Position numbers and translations under genes: made by a program
Notes under the pieces: generated by a model
Told to the model about the DNA's origin: nothing
The model's database searches: none
Seen by the model: the letters and a program-made list of their open reading frames with translations, nothing else
Assembly (NCBI GenBank): GCA_963664705.1
Contig: OY761556.1
Coordinates: forward strand, 2,688,001 to 2,752,000
Direction of reading: 5' to 3'
DNA length: 64,000 bases
Origin: Acidobacteriota bacterium
GTDB taxonomy: Bacteria; Acidobacteriota; UBA6911
Shown here: positions 40,139 to 50,100 of the stretch, piece after piece
Position numbering within the stretch: the stretch's first letter is position 1
Layout: each line of letters begins with the position of its first letter

Positions 40139-40376
40139 TCGCCTTGCCAAAAGAAAAAAATAGCCTTTGCTGGCGAAAGGTATACGAAACCGTTCGTCGA
40201 TCCCATGCAAGCGGATACGAATGATTTCCGGTCGAGTGCTCCAATCCCTGTTGCATTGCCGCAACAGAGGAAACCGCCAATCCTCTAACTGGGGAATTGA
40301 ATCATCCTTCTGGCAAAGCCTGGATTGAATAGGGAATCTCGCTGCCGCTCCCAGAATGGACTTTGTTGTGTTGGGA

Positions 40377-42152
40377 TTACCTCCACATGTCCACTGATGC
40401 TGAGGCCAGGCAAAAGAAGTCGCCGGTCATCCAAAATGCATCGGTTCCCCCACCAACAACAAATATCTCCACCGGAGCATCCTGCAGAATCAGTGGCCGC
40501 GGCGAATTCGATTCGGGTGGTTGTTTTAGTAACGATGCAAATGGCTCTATCCCTTCCTTGGCGGAATCCAAGTCTCCAGGCATCGCTGCCCAATAGTTCC
40601 AAAGAGTCATATAGGTATTTTCCTTGAGCCACCGGCCTAACGCTTCCTTGCTTTTGAATCCTTCATTCAGAAGATCGTTTGCCGTTATAGGACTCAGCAA
40701 TAGAGCCGCTTGAGTTCCAGGATTGATCCCGGGAGTATGATGCGTACCGGCGCCACTGGTTTCAAAACTTAACAATTGCCGCTTCAGAATTTCGTGATGC
40801 GGGTGCGGTTTATAGGCGGCATAGTTCAGCAGACTCCAACCCGTAAAAATACTGATGACACTTTCTTCGGCTTTGAAACCCTTCTGCACATGAAAAGGAT
40901 TCCATCCTTCAGGCAGCGCCCTCTCATTCTCGGCAAAACACATGTTGTTGTAATTGGTATTATTCCCTATATCACCCAGATACGTCTCACGTGGCTTCGC
41001 TCCTCCGAGGTTTTTGGAAATTAGTGTCCACGCTCTCCCAATGACCGCATTGGCTTGATTGAACGGGCCCAATGCACCAATTCCACAATTCATATTCATT
41101 TCCTCACACATAGGCCCATTGGCTACGACCATCCGGGTGAAAGAGGTTGCGGAACTGAAAAATGAGGTTATTCCGGTCGACGCTATAGCCAATATCGCCG
41201 GAAGATGCTCGGCTTTGGCTCCTGCCATCACGGCATTGATGGCAACGTGTTCCACGGTATATTCCCAAGCCTCGTGGGGAGGAGAGGGTTGCATAGCTAC
41301 CGGGATATGTTTTGCGCCCTTAATCACAGCTCTGGCGCCTAGATTTGCTACAGATTGATCCCAATATTCATGGGGAGGCGATGTCTGCATTCTGCCGACA
41401 ATTTCATCCGGCCTGTGGCTCGTCCCCCTGAGCATTTCGGCCACTCTTTCCTCTGTAGGGAGCACGATCGGCAGATAATCCGTCCATCCATTTTCGAGAA
41501 ATAGATTTTCCAAATTTTCCGAAGTATCAGGACCCAAGCGCCTTGGCTGCGGCCTTTCAATCGTTCCTGTCTTCTTTTCCTCATCGGTAGTCGGCAAGGT
41601 CAGCGCATCAACGATTCCCTGCATGACAGGCTTGCCGCTGATGGGATCATTCCCTTCGAGGTAGCTTCGGTGCATCTCGAAAGGCCTGTTTGCAAAAGGA
41701 TGAGGCACAAAGGTGAATCGCAGTTCAGGAACGCCCTTCTTGTAGGCAAAATTCCTGATAAGATCGGTAAACGCGTTCGTAACAACAGGAGCTGTGGGCA
41801 CCCCCAATTTTTCCAACATTGAGCAGAAAATCGTCACGGATGGAGCACAGGTATCCAGTTGACCAATGCCCATTACAACACCATGCCCCTTTTCTTTGAT
41901 TTCAGCCCAAAGCTGCGGGTCATTGTGAAAATATGTCCCAATTTTGGTTCTGAGTATCCAGGTGGTGCCGGGGTATCTCGCGGTGAGCAGCTTTTGCATT
42001 TCCTCAAAGAATTGATGCGTTCGCGGAAAATTAACATCCACGATATAGATTGTCTTGCCCTCCAGCGTATCCAGCCGGGGCGCCATGGCAATCAATTGGA
42101 TGGGAGGAGCAATTCCTCGTGGACTCAAAACTGTGATTTTTTCATTCGTCAT
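40377..42152 (-). CDS. UGSC-family-like protein (thioredoxin-like N-domain fused to GWTD-LP-x-PT domain)
   Basis: APRLDTLEGKTI, GIGQLDTC, LEKLGVP, GWTDYLPIVLPT, VAINAVMAG and ANAVIGRA; ATG 42152 follows GGAGG. Confidence 0.75.
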   Translation of the reverse strand: MTNEKITVLSPRGIAPPIQLIAMAPRLDTLEGKTIYIVDVNFPRTHQFFEEMQKLLTARYPGTTWILRTKIGTYFHNDPQLWAEIKEKGHGVVMGIGQLDTCAPSVTIFCSMLEKLGVPTAPVVTNAFTDLIRNFAYKKGVPELRFTFVPHPFANRPFEMHRSYLEGNDPISGKPVMQGIVDALTLPTTDEEKKTGTIERPQPRRLGPDTSENLENLFLENGWTDYLPIVLPTEERVAEMLRGTSHRPDEIVGRMQTSPPHEYWDQSVANLGARAVIKGAKHIPVAMQPSPPHEAWEYTVEHVAINAVMAGAKAEHLPAILAIASTGITSFFSSATSFTRMVVANGPMCEEMNMNCGIGALGPFNQANAVIGRAWTLISKNLGGAKPRETYLGDIGNNTNYNNMCFAENERALPEGWNPFHVQKGFKAEESVISIFTGWSLLNYAAYKPHPHHEILKRQLLSFETSGAGTHHTPGINPGTQAALLLSPITANDLLNEGFKSKEALGRWLKENTYMTLWNYWAAMPGDLDSAKEGIEPFASLLKQPPESNSPRPLILQDAPVEIFVVGGGTDAFWMTGDFFCLASASVDMWR

Positions 42153-42409
42153 GCGGATCGGTGCCTCCATGCCATCTTCGTGTATGTTTTCCACAGAATA
42201 GATGCTGTTGGCCTTAATCTACAGCTTTGTCAAAACTGGAGCAATGACTCAATTGTCACCCAGCCATAGAATTCAATATTCCTATTTTGCCTGGAGTTTC
42301 ACAATTAACCACAACCCTGATAGATCAAAAAATGAAACAATGTAATAATGGACTCCGGCATCTTGATTTCTACTTTATTGCACAAACGCTTTGGGAAGGA
42401 GTGGGATAT

Positions 42410-44179
42410 ATGAGCGGAACAGTGTCCTTGGTGTGTCTCAACCCTCAAGGTGCAGTTGAATCTCCTGCAATTTCGGGGCTCATCAATCCTCGTATAGAAA
42501 ATCTGGAAGGAAAGAAGATAGCGATAATCTGGGATGGCAAAAAGGGTGGGGATAAATTTTGTATCGCGATTGAAGAGTTGCTGAGGAAAAGGTTTCCTAC
42601 GGCAACAACCATGCGGCTGGTTTGGGGAGATGCTGAAGCTGCCGCAAAAGCAAAAAAGGAAATGGACACCTTTATTTACGGAGTCGCAGACAATGGGATG
42701 GGAGGATGGATTCAGTGCCGGCAGGTAATCGCCCTGGAAAAAATCGGAAAACCGGGCGTTTTCGTTATTGGAGATAACGCGATTCACACGACCAGAATGT
42801 CGGTTGAGCATGCCGGAATGCCGGCAATACGAGTCGTAAGTCTCCCCTCCATTGACTATTATCCAAACAGATTGACAGTGGAAGATATCCGGCCTGTTGC
42901 GGAAGCATCGTTGGATCGCATCATCGATGCGCTTACCAAGCCTCTTGCAGCGGAGGAGAAAGATCCTCCGGTCAAGGATAATAGAGAGACTGCTCACACA
43001 GTCGAAGTCAATGCAGAGAGTTACGATTCCGCCCTCGAATCATTCAATGCGCTGTATCTCAACAATCACTGGGGTGACGGGCTGCCGCTGATTCCTCCTA
43101 CGGAGTCTGCCGTCAAGCGGATGTTGGCGGGAACCAAACGCCCCCCCGATGAAGTTGTAGGCCGAGTTCCCTATCGAAACGGCATTGCCACAGTTGAAAA
43201 GATAGCCATAAATGCCGTCATGGCCGGCGCAAGACCTGAGTATTTCCCGGTAATACTGGCAGCCATGGAATGCCTGGCTGAAGAGAGCACATTCACTCAT
43301 ATGATGAGTTCAGAAGGTTCCTTCACACTCGCAATAATGGTAAGCGGGCCTATTGGCAAGGAAATAGGAATGAATTGCGGGGTAGGATTGTTGGGGCATG
43401 GCTGGCAAGCCAACAATACCATCGGCCGCGCCGTTCGGCTGAATCTGATCAATATCGGATGCCTCTGGCCGGGCGAGATCGATATGGCGCTTATTGGCCG
43501 ACCGTCTTCGCACACTTTCTACACTTTTGCTGAGAACATAGAGCTCACTCCCTGGGAAACCTTTAATGAAGGCTTAGGCTATCGATCGGAAGACAGCTGT
43601 GTAACGGTATCCACCGTGACAAGCGTAGGCGCCGGAATGGCCATGAAATTATTGGGCGGTGGAGTGGTCGAACCCTGGGATGTGAATGCGGTGCTCAAGG
43701 ATATTGTGATGGATGTTGCCGAGGACCGAGGCACATTCGCTCAATACAAACTTGGGGTGGCGAATCCCATGGCGCATCTAAGAAAACATATAATAGTTGT
43801 CCACCCTGAACTGGCTGTCATGCTGCATCGTCGCGGCTTCAAAACCAAACAAAGCCTGCGTGATTACATTTATGAGAATACGATGGTTCCATTTGAAGAG
43901 CTAAGCGAAGACGAAATACGCGGCTTGAATGACCGGATGAACACCAGGCGTCCCGATATGGACATCTTCTATGCTCACGATGCTATTCCGGCGGAACGCT
44001 TGCCGGTGCTCAAGGAAGCCCTGAAACCGGGAGGCAAGGTTCCGGTCGTGAACCCTGAAGACATCCATATCATCGTATCCGGCAGTATTCCGGGCTATTC
44101 CTTCGGAATGGCCTACTTCCGTACTGCCCACAAAACAAAACCAATAACGGGTGCTGCTTTTACCAAATCCGGCCGCTAG
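42410..44179 (+). CDS. UGSC-family-like protein, divergent paralog
   Basis: PRIENLEGKKI, GVADNGMG, LEKIGKP, WGDGLPLIPPT, ATVEKIAINAVMAGARPEY and ANNTIGRA; ATG 42410 follows AAGGAG. Confidence 0.75.
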   Translation: MSGTVSLVCLNPQGAVESPAISGLINPRIENLEGKKIAIIWDGKKGGDKFCIAIEELLRKRFPTATTMRLVWGDAEAAAKAKKEMDTFIYGVADNGMGGWIQCRQVIALEKIGKPGVFVIGDNAIHTTRMSVEHAGMPAIRVVSLPSIDYYPNRLTVEDIRPVAEASLDRIIDALTKPLAAEEKDPPVKDNRETAHTVEVNAESYDSALESFNALYLNNHWGDGLPLIPPTESAVKRMLAGTKRPPDEVVGRVPYRNGIATVEKIAINAVMAGARPEYFPVILAAMECLAEESTFTHMMSSEGSFTLAIMVSGPIGKEIGMNCGVGLLGHGWQANNTIGRAVRLNLINIGCLWPGEIDMALIGRPSSHTFYTFAENIELTPWETFNEGLGYRSEDSCVTVSTVTSVGAGMAMKLLGGGVVEPWDVNAVLKDIVMDVAEDRGTFAQYKLGVANPMAHLRKHIIVVHPELAVMLHRRGFKTKQSLRDYIYENTMVPFEELSEDEIRGLNDRMNTRRPDMDIFYAHDAIPAERLPVLKEALKPGGKVPVVNPEDIHIIVSGSIPGYSFGMAYFRTAHKTKPITGAAFTKSGR

Positions 44180-44243
44180 GCGGAGCCCTTGGAGCGCGGT
44201 GGCTTGCCACCGCCTTTTAGGCTTTGTTGCCGCACTCCAAGGC
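44180..44243. repeat. REP-like palindromic element, family A
   Basis: CCTTGGAGCGCGGTGGCTTGCCACCGCC...GCCGCACTCCAAGG between convergent genes; its reverse complement matches 55694 and 57970. Confidence 0.8.
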
Positions 44244-44245
44244 GG

Positions 44246-45274
44246 TTAATCCTTCGACCGGATACCTTTTGAGTAGTTCACTCGTCCTATATAAAATTCC
44301 TCTTCAGGCTCGCGGGGCGTTACACCAGCTGCTTTCAAACCGGCTCTCATCGCATCTTTAAAATGCTGAAACAAAAACGTTGTCGGCTTTCTGAACATGC
44401 CGCCGTTTCCGCCGGTCAACCATTGCATGTATTTCATTCCCAGCATACCGCACTGAAATGCGGCATCTCTGGCGCCCAAAGTAATTGGAGCAAGCTCCCA
44501 ATAGAGTTCCATGGCCTTGGCGAACTCTCCCCGGGCGAACAGATTGAACATTCGAACTATTCTGGGATTTTCCCCGGTTTGATCGAAGATGACATAGTCG
44601 GCCGGCCCTGCCCACTGCTGTCCGTATTGGGCAACAGTGATCGGCCATTCCGCCATTTCCGCGGCTTGAAGCAGCACTTGATCACCCACGCGGTGATGAA
44701 CCTCAGCCCACTTGCCGATTCCGTCACTAAGATACGCCTTTATGGCGACCACATTGGGAATTTGGCAAATCCGCTCTATTAGCGCCGGATTAAATCCGCT
44801 TGGGTGGAATCTACCAAAGTCATAAAAGGGTTTGGGCCAAAGGTCAATGGCAAGGTTGGTGGAGTCGCACATCTTTTTGGCGACCCGAAAGATATCCTCC
44901 TCTGATTTTGCATAAAAATTGCCCGGCCAACCCAACAGAGTATGGGTTCCTCCCACACTCTCGAAATATTTCAATAATTCTATGGATTGATCGGCGTCAT
45001 CAAAGGCACCGAACATGGAAACCAGGACTTTGCCTTTTGCTTCCTCGGCAACGATCCTTACAAACTGCTTTCGCTCTTCGTGACTCAAAGCGGAAACTTC
45101 AGCGGCACAGAAAACGCTGAACACGCCCTTGGCCATATTATGCCGGACGTCATGCCGGATTCCTTCTTCATCCAGGCTTTCCAGATCCGGAGTATAGGAC
45201 GGCTGAATGACTCCATCCAAACCGCGATAGTTTTTTCTAGCCCATTCCTTTGCCTCTGATTTCGTGAACTCCAT
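44246..45274 (-). CDS. DHDPS/N-acetylneuraminate lyase-family aldolase
   Basis: LDEEGIRHDV, LSHEERK and Schiff-base Lys in NVVAIK; ATG 45274 follows GGAGGAG. Confidence 0.85.
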   Translation of the reverse strand: MEFTKSEAKEWARKNYRGLDGVIQPSYTPDLESLDEEGIRHDVRHNMAKGVFSVFCAAEVSALSHEERKQFVRIVAEEAKGKVLVSMFGAFDDADQSIELLKYFESVGGTHTLLGWPGNFYAKSEEDIFRVAKKMCDSTNLAIDLWPKPFYDFGRFHPSGFNPALIERICQIPNVVAIKAYLSDGIGKWAEVHHRVGDQVLLQAAEMAEWPITVAQYGQQWAGPADYVIFDQTGENPRIVRMFNLFARGEFAKAMELYWELAPITLGARDAAFQCGMLGMKYMQWLTGGNGGMFRKPTTFLFQHFKDAMRAGLKAAGVTPREPEEEFYIGRVNYSKGIRSKD

Positions 45275-45288
45275 AAACCGCTCCTCCA

Positions 45289-46335
45289 TCAGACCTCATA
45301 TTTTTTAAGCCTGTACCCCTTTGCATAATTCACGCGGCCCACGTAAAACTCTTCCTCCGGCTCACGTGGAGTAATTCCCAGAGCTTTCATGCCTCCTCGA
45401 ATAGCATCTTTCTGGTAATCGTACAGACGGCCGGTAGGCTGACGGACCGTGCCTCCATTTCCTCCCGCGCACCAATGAGCGTATTTATCAGTCAAAGCGG
45501 TTACTATACCGGTGTGAAAATAGGAATCGGCCAACGATCCCTGCGGACCCGGGTGGGACAACTCCCAGATGCATTCCATGGCCTTTTCAGTCTCGCCTTT
45601 GATCAAGTTATTAAACATCCGCACTACCCTCGGATTTTCGGGGGTCTGCATGCAATAAAAGGGGCCTGCGCCGGCCCACTGCTGGCCATACTTGGGAATC
45701 GTAAAGAGCCATCGGTCCGGCATCGGGTCGCTGACCAGAATCTGATCCCCGCAAAGCAGAAAAGCTTGGACCGTTAATGCAACCGAACTGCCCCCGGTGA
45801 CCTTCATGGCCACGACGTTCTGGATTTCGGCAATCCGACGCATGACATCGGGCGGAAAGTAGCTGGGATGGAAATGCCATGTGTGCAGCCTGCCGGGATA
45901 GAAAGTTATGGCCAGGTTGGTGGAGTCGCACATGAGTTTATACATCCGATAAATATCTTCTTCCGACCTGGGATAATATTGCACCGGATGAGCAAGCGTG
46001 GCATGCGTTCCACCGACCTTTTCAATATGCTGCAGCATTTCGATATCCTGCTCAACCGTGTCCTGCATAACGCTGGCAGAGCTGTGCATTTTGCCCTTGG
46101 CTTCGTCGCACACTATCTGAACAAATCGCTTTCGTTCTTCAAATGTCATACCGCAGGCTTCAGGGGCAGCCATTACTGAAGCAAAGCCATTTGCGAAGAT
46201 TTGATTGACATCAAAACGGATCCCTTCTTCGTCCAAATCACGAAGATCCGGGGTAAAGGAAGGGAATATCGGAACTTCCAAGCCCTTCATTTTATTCTTT
46301 GCCCACACTTTAGCTTCCGACTTTAGATACTCCAT
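45289..46335 (-). CDS. DHDPS-family aldolase, tandem paralog
   Basis: LDEEGIRFDV, MTFEERK and NVVAMK; shares KSEAK.WA and TPREPEEEFY.GRVNY with its neighbour. Confidence 0.85.
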   Translation of the reverse strand: MEYLKSEAKVWAKNKMKGLEVPIFPSFTPDLRDLDEEGIRFDVNQIFANGFASVMAAPEACGMTFEERKRFVQIVCDEAKGKMHSSASVMQDTVEQDIEMLQHIEKVGGTHATLAHPVQYYPRSEEDIYRMYKLMCDSTNLAITFYPGRLHTWHFHPSYFPPDVMRRIAEIQNVVAMKVTGGSSVALTVQAFLLCGDQILVSDPMPDRWLFTIPKYGQQWAGAGPFYCMQTPENPRVVRMFNNLIKGETEKAMECIWELSHPGPQGSLADSYFHTGIVTALTDKYAHWCAGGNGGTVRQPTGRLYDYQKDAIRGGMKALGITPREPEEEFYVGRVNYAKGYRLKKYEV

Positions 46336-46377
46336 GGCTGTTTCGCCTCCTTAACGCACTTGCTCGTTCCACCTCGA

Positions 46378-47250
46378 TCAGGCATGCAATCCAAGCAAAT
46401 TGCCCGGATTGGTTTTAGTCATAAGATTGATTTCATTTTCCGTAATGCCGTATTTAAGCAATGTGACAATAAACATCCTCAGTCCTTCGACAGGCGGCGG
46501 ATTCCAGATTTGCCCGAGATCTGTCGACATGATGCACCGTTCCGCCCCCACATCCTTGATCATGGCCACCATCTCAGCGGGATCATGTCTGAATTCGGAG
46601 GCTTGAAAAGCAAGATAGGTGCATTCAATGAAAGCTCCATTTTTTGCCAGTTGAATCAGGTCCTGCTTGCTGAAAGCCTGGGAGAAAAATTCGTGATCCA
46701 ACGGGTGCGTAATAACAAACTTGTGAATCCCCAGCTTCCGGGCTTCCTCTTCAAGGGCAAAAGTTTCTGCCGGTGACATATGGCCGCTGGCCAATACCAT
46801 GTCGTATTGTTTGATGATAGCCAGTATGGGATGGATCTCCGGCACCAACTGCCCTTTGCCGTCCAGGATTGAATATCCTTCGCCTTTGAGATCAAGGCCA
46901 AGTTCCCTCATTTTGGAGATTGAGTTTCTCGAGGAGAAGGTCGGCATCCATACCATCCTCGCGCCTGCTTTGGCTGAATATTCAACCGCATACTCATTCA
47001 ATCCCCCCATTTCATAATCCAGGCAAACACTGCCATAGACCTGGAAGTCGGAGATCAGCTGATTAACCATCAGGGCTATCGGCGCGGTGGGATAGAAGTG
47101 ATTTTTCAGCACAATGGCTTTCATCCCGGCCTGCTTGGCCTGAGCAGCAGCTTCCAAGGCGTCAACCCGGCATTTAAAAAAGTCCGGACCGGGATGGAGG
47201 TGCATGTCAATAGAGCCGGACACCAGCCTGTCATAATCGATAATTTCCAT
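46378..47250 (-). CDS. Metal-dependent TIM-barrel amidohydrolase-like protein (DUF6282-like)
   Basis: DMHLHPGPD (HxH), LKNH, SGH, THP, STDLGQ and NP terminus. Confidence 0.8.
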   Translation of the reverse strand: MEIIDYDRLVSGSIDMHLHPGPDFFKCRVDALEAAAQAKQAGMKAIVLKNHFYPTAPIALMVNQLISDFQVYGSVCLDYEMGGLNEYAVEYSAKAGARMVWMPTFSSRNSISKMRELGLDLKGEGYSILDGKGQLVPEIHPILAIIKQYDMVLASGHMSPAETFALEEEARKLGIHKFVITHPLDHEFFSQAFSKQDLIQLAKNGAFIECTYLAFQASEFRHDPAEMVAMIKDVGAERCIMSTDLGQIWNPPPVEGLRMFIVTLLKYGITENEINLMTKTNPGNLLGLHA

Positions 47251-47385
47251 AGGTCCGTCCTTTCAAGATCGTCTCTGCACTTGCCCGAAAAAGCCGCAGA
47301 GGGCAGGCGCCCTTCACCTTGAAATGCTTCACCGCTGATTTTGCTGATTGAGATATCGAATTCTCTCAGATAGTACTCTGGAGAA

Positions 47386-47419
47386 ATGAAAAATGTCACA
47401 TAATTGTGACATTTTTCAT
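47386..47419. promoter_or_regulatory. Palindromic operator, copy 4, extended: ATGAAAAATGTCACA-TAAT-TGTGACATTTTTCAT
   Basis: Perfect 15-bp arms with core at 47394-47411; divergent region between the amidohydrolase/aldolase operon and the MFS/tannase operon. Confidence 0.82.
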
Positions 47420-47478
47420 GCTAAAGTCTTGACTCCCGAAGGACTCAAACGGTTTCCCACTCTACGATTGAGGGGTCA

Positions 47479-49080
47479 ATGTTAAAAGGAAATGCCGCAG
47501 CTGAAGATCGGTCTGTCAAAAAGTATGCATCCATGGGACTGATATCCGTTTTCTTAACCTATTTTTTGTTCTCACTCATGACATTTGGGCAAAACGTTGC
47601 TGCACCCATGATCGCAGCGGACTTAAACGGGATGTCCCTGTATTCGTGGGCTATATCATTACCCATGCTGGGTGCGGCATTTGTCACCCTCCTATTCGGC
47701 AAGCTCTCCGACCTGTATGGGCGCAGAACCATGCTGCTTTTTTCTTTGGGTCTATTTCTGACGGGAGCCATCTTGACTGCCGTCAGTCCAACTTTTGCTT
47801 TCAATATCGCGGCGCGCATTGTTAATTCCATGGGATTCGGAGCCCTTGCAGCACTCTGCTTTTCCGTTATAGGCGATCTCTTTGCGCCGGTTGAGCGAAG
47901 CAAGTGGACGGGCTTGCTGCAAATTTCGGCCGGAATTGCCGCAGTCATAGGGCCTACCCTGGTTGGAATAATCACCGACAATCTTAGTTGGCGATATTTT
48001 TATTGGGCTATCGTCCCCATGGCCGTGTTCTGTGCGGTACTCGTAATGATAGGCATACCCGGCCGCACCCAACGGGTAGCACATCAAATTGATTACGCCG
48101 GCGCTTTCCTGTTGGCAATTGCTTCCTCCACAATGATCCTGGGTTTTTCTTTTGCGGACAAAAATCCCTGGCACTCCTTCCGCGTCGTCGGTTTGCTTAT
48201 TATCTCCATTGTCTGTTGGATCGCATTCGTCATGATAGAACGCAGAGTTAAGGAACCGATTCTTGATCCCCAGACGTTCACAAACCGCACATTTCTCACC
48301 GTTACGACAGCTGCGCTGATGTCCTTCTTTGGATTTGTGGGAATTATAAATTATTACCCGCTCTTTCTTCAGGGCATCCAGGGGGCCAATGCAACGATAA
48401 GCGGCCAGGTGTTGACGCCGTTTACAGCACTTATGTCCTTCATGGGAGTTCCGGCCGGTTTGCTGCTCGCCAAAACAAAACGATATAAGTGGATGCTGGT
48501 TGGAAGTTATGCCGTCCTTACCACTGCATTGCTCTGCCTGGCATTTTTCACGTCTGCAACCCCTCTCTGGTTGGGCGTTCTCGTCATGGTTTTGGGAGGC
48601 CTGGGGGTGGGGTCCATTCCGACAATTAATATTCTAGTTGTACAATTTGCTCTTCCCAAAAGGTTGTTGGGGATAGCGGTAGCGGCTACATTTTTCATGG
48701 TGGCTCTCGGCAATGCGGTCGCGCCTGCCATCCTGGGAACAGCAATGAACTCCACATATGAAAAAAATCTGGAAAAGCTGCTGCCATCCGGACTGGACCG
48801 ACATATCGATCCCTCGAAGCTTGCGTCGCTGGCCGACCCTCGCGTTTTGATGTCACAGGATGCGATGAAGGAATTAGAGAACGGCTTCAGCAATATCGAG
48901 GGCAAGGGAGAACTTCTTTTCAACCAGACGGTGCTGGCTATCCGAAGTTCGCTTCAGTCCGGTCTACGGGTACTCTTTCTCGTGGGAACGGCAGCGCTAT
49001 TTCTGGCATTCCTGCTAATTCTGACTATTCCGGAAATTTCAATGGATGTGGAGGTAGAGGATAAAAAAATAGCTTCATAG
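47479..49080 (+). CDS. MFS transporter, DHA2 (14-TMS) type
   Basis: Motif A GKLSDLYGRR, WRYFYW and EPILDP; about 14 hydrophobic segments. Confidence 0.9.
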   Translation: MLKGNAAAEDRSVKKYASMGLISVFLTYFLFSLMTFGQNVAAPMIAADLNGMSLYSWAISLPMLGAAFVTLLFGKLSDLYGRRTMLLFSLGLFLTGAILTAVSPTFAFNIAARIVNSMGFGALAALCFSVIGDLFAPVERSKWTGLLQISAGIAAVIGPTLVGIITDNLSWRYFYWAIVPMAVFCAVLVMIGIPGRTQRVAHQIDYAGAFLLAIASSTMILGFSFADKNPWHSFRVVGLLIISIVCWIAFVMIERRVKEPILDPQTFTNRTFLTVTTAALMSFFGFVGIINYYPLFLQGIQGANATISGQVLTPFTALMSFMGVPAGLLLAKTKRYKWMLVGSYAVLTTALLCLAFFTSATPLWLGVLVMVLGGLGVGSIPTINILVVQFALPKRLLGIAVAATFFMVALGNAVAPAILGTAMNSTYEKNLEKLLPSGLDRHIDPSKLASLADPRVLMSQDAMKELENGFSNIEGKGELLFNQTVLAIRSSLQSGLRVLFLVGTAALFLAFLLILTIPEISMDVEVEDKKIAS

Positions 49081-49141
49081 GGAATTGCACTCGCAATTTT
49101 GAAAATAATCGACTGGATCCCAAATAATAAAGGAAAAAGAC

Positions 49142-49999
49142 ATGAGAATTCGCAGCAAATGCGTCCTGAATCTTGTACTTTCATTTTTGGTTGCACTGCT
49201 TGGCACCCAATGCATGCTTGCCCAGGCTCCGAAACCGGACAGAGGGCCCATGCCCAAAATGCCTCTTCAGATCAAACCGGATCCGAGAGTGCAGCAGCGC
49301 AAATATCACTTCGCCGACACCAATGAAGATTTGAGCTATGTTCTTTATGTGTCTTCCAAAGTATCGAAGGACAAGAAAAATCCATTGATCGTAGCGCTGC
49401 ATGGAATGGGCGGAGACGGCAACTTTTTGGTGCGCGAGCGCGTGGTCGATCTTGCGGAAGAAGGCGGATACATAGTCGTAGGGCCCCTGGGATATAACGT
49501 AACCGGATGGTACGGATCTCCCGTGATTGTAATGGGCGGGCGTCCCATCGAGCCGCCCAATTTGGCGGAGTTGAGCGAAAAAGATGTTATGACTGTCCTG
49601 GACATGATGCGGAAGGAATTCAATATCGACGATAAACGCACTTACTTGATGGGTCACTCCATGGGTGGTGCCGGCACCCTGTTCCTGGGATCAAAATATC
49701 CATCCAACTGGGCCGCCATCGCAAGTATCGCACCGGCGGCTTTTCTTATGCAGAAGGATCAAAAGGATTATTTAGGCAAAATTAAAAAGGCCGATATCCC
49801 TGTCATGCTCGTCCAGGGCGGCGCAGACACGGTTGTGCCTCCGGACAATACGCGCACATGGAATGCGGCCGCGAAAGAACTGGGCATGAAATTTGAATAT
49901 ATAGAAATTCCGGACGGAGACCACGGCACGGTTATCTCGGGTGGCATGCCTAATATCTTCAAGTTCTTTGCTGATCACCCCAAAACCGGTGCTCAATAG
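49142..49999 (+). CDS. Secreted alpha/beta hydrolase (PHB-depolymerase-like esterase)
   Basis: Signal peptide; PLIVALHG, GHSMG, QGGAD and GDHG catalytic triad motifs. Confidence 0.85.
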   Translation: MRIRSKCVLNLVLSFLVALLGTQCMLAQAPKPDRGPMPKMPLQIKPDPRVQQRKYHFADTNEDLSYVLYVSSKVSKDKKNPLIVALHGMGGDGNFLVRERVVDLAEEGGYIVVGPLGYNVTGWYGSPVIVMGGRPIEPPNLAELSEKDVMTVLDMMRKEFNIDDKRTYLMGHSMGGAGTLFLGSKYPSNWAAIASIAPAAFLMQKDQKDYLGKIKKADIPVMLVQGGADTVVPPDNTRTWNAAAKELGMKFEYIEIPDGDHGTVISGGMPNIFKFFADHPKTGAQ

Positions 50000-50017
50000 T
50001 ATTCTTTTTTCCTTTTA

Positions 50018-50065
50018 GCCACGGAGAACACGGAAAGCTCTTTGGGTTTCCGTGTTCTCTGTGGC
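50018..50065. repeat. Long intergenic hairpin (REP-like family B) or possible terminator
   Basis: GCCACGGAGAACACGGAAA...TTTCCGTGTTCTCTGTGGC inverted repeat. Confidence 0.65.
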
Positions 50066-50100
50066 GACAGGGCAGTTAAAGACGGCTGAGGAGAATTATC

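Noticed and set aside
40139-40376. 238-bp gap between convergent genes with small hairpins
   Set aside because: Only short stems, consistent with ordinary terminators; no ORF or RNA motif I can support.
42252-42270. TGTCAC half-site between the UGSC-like genes
   Set aside because: No matching TGTGACA half at 4-bp spacing; not counted as an operator.
40377-44179. Selenocysteine recoding in the UGSC-like genes
   Set aside because: Both frames are open with no in-frame TGA at the motif (codons CTG and AAT).
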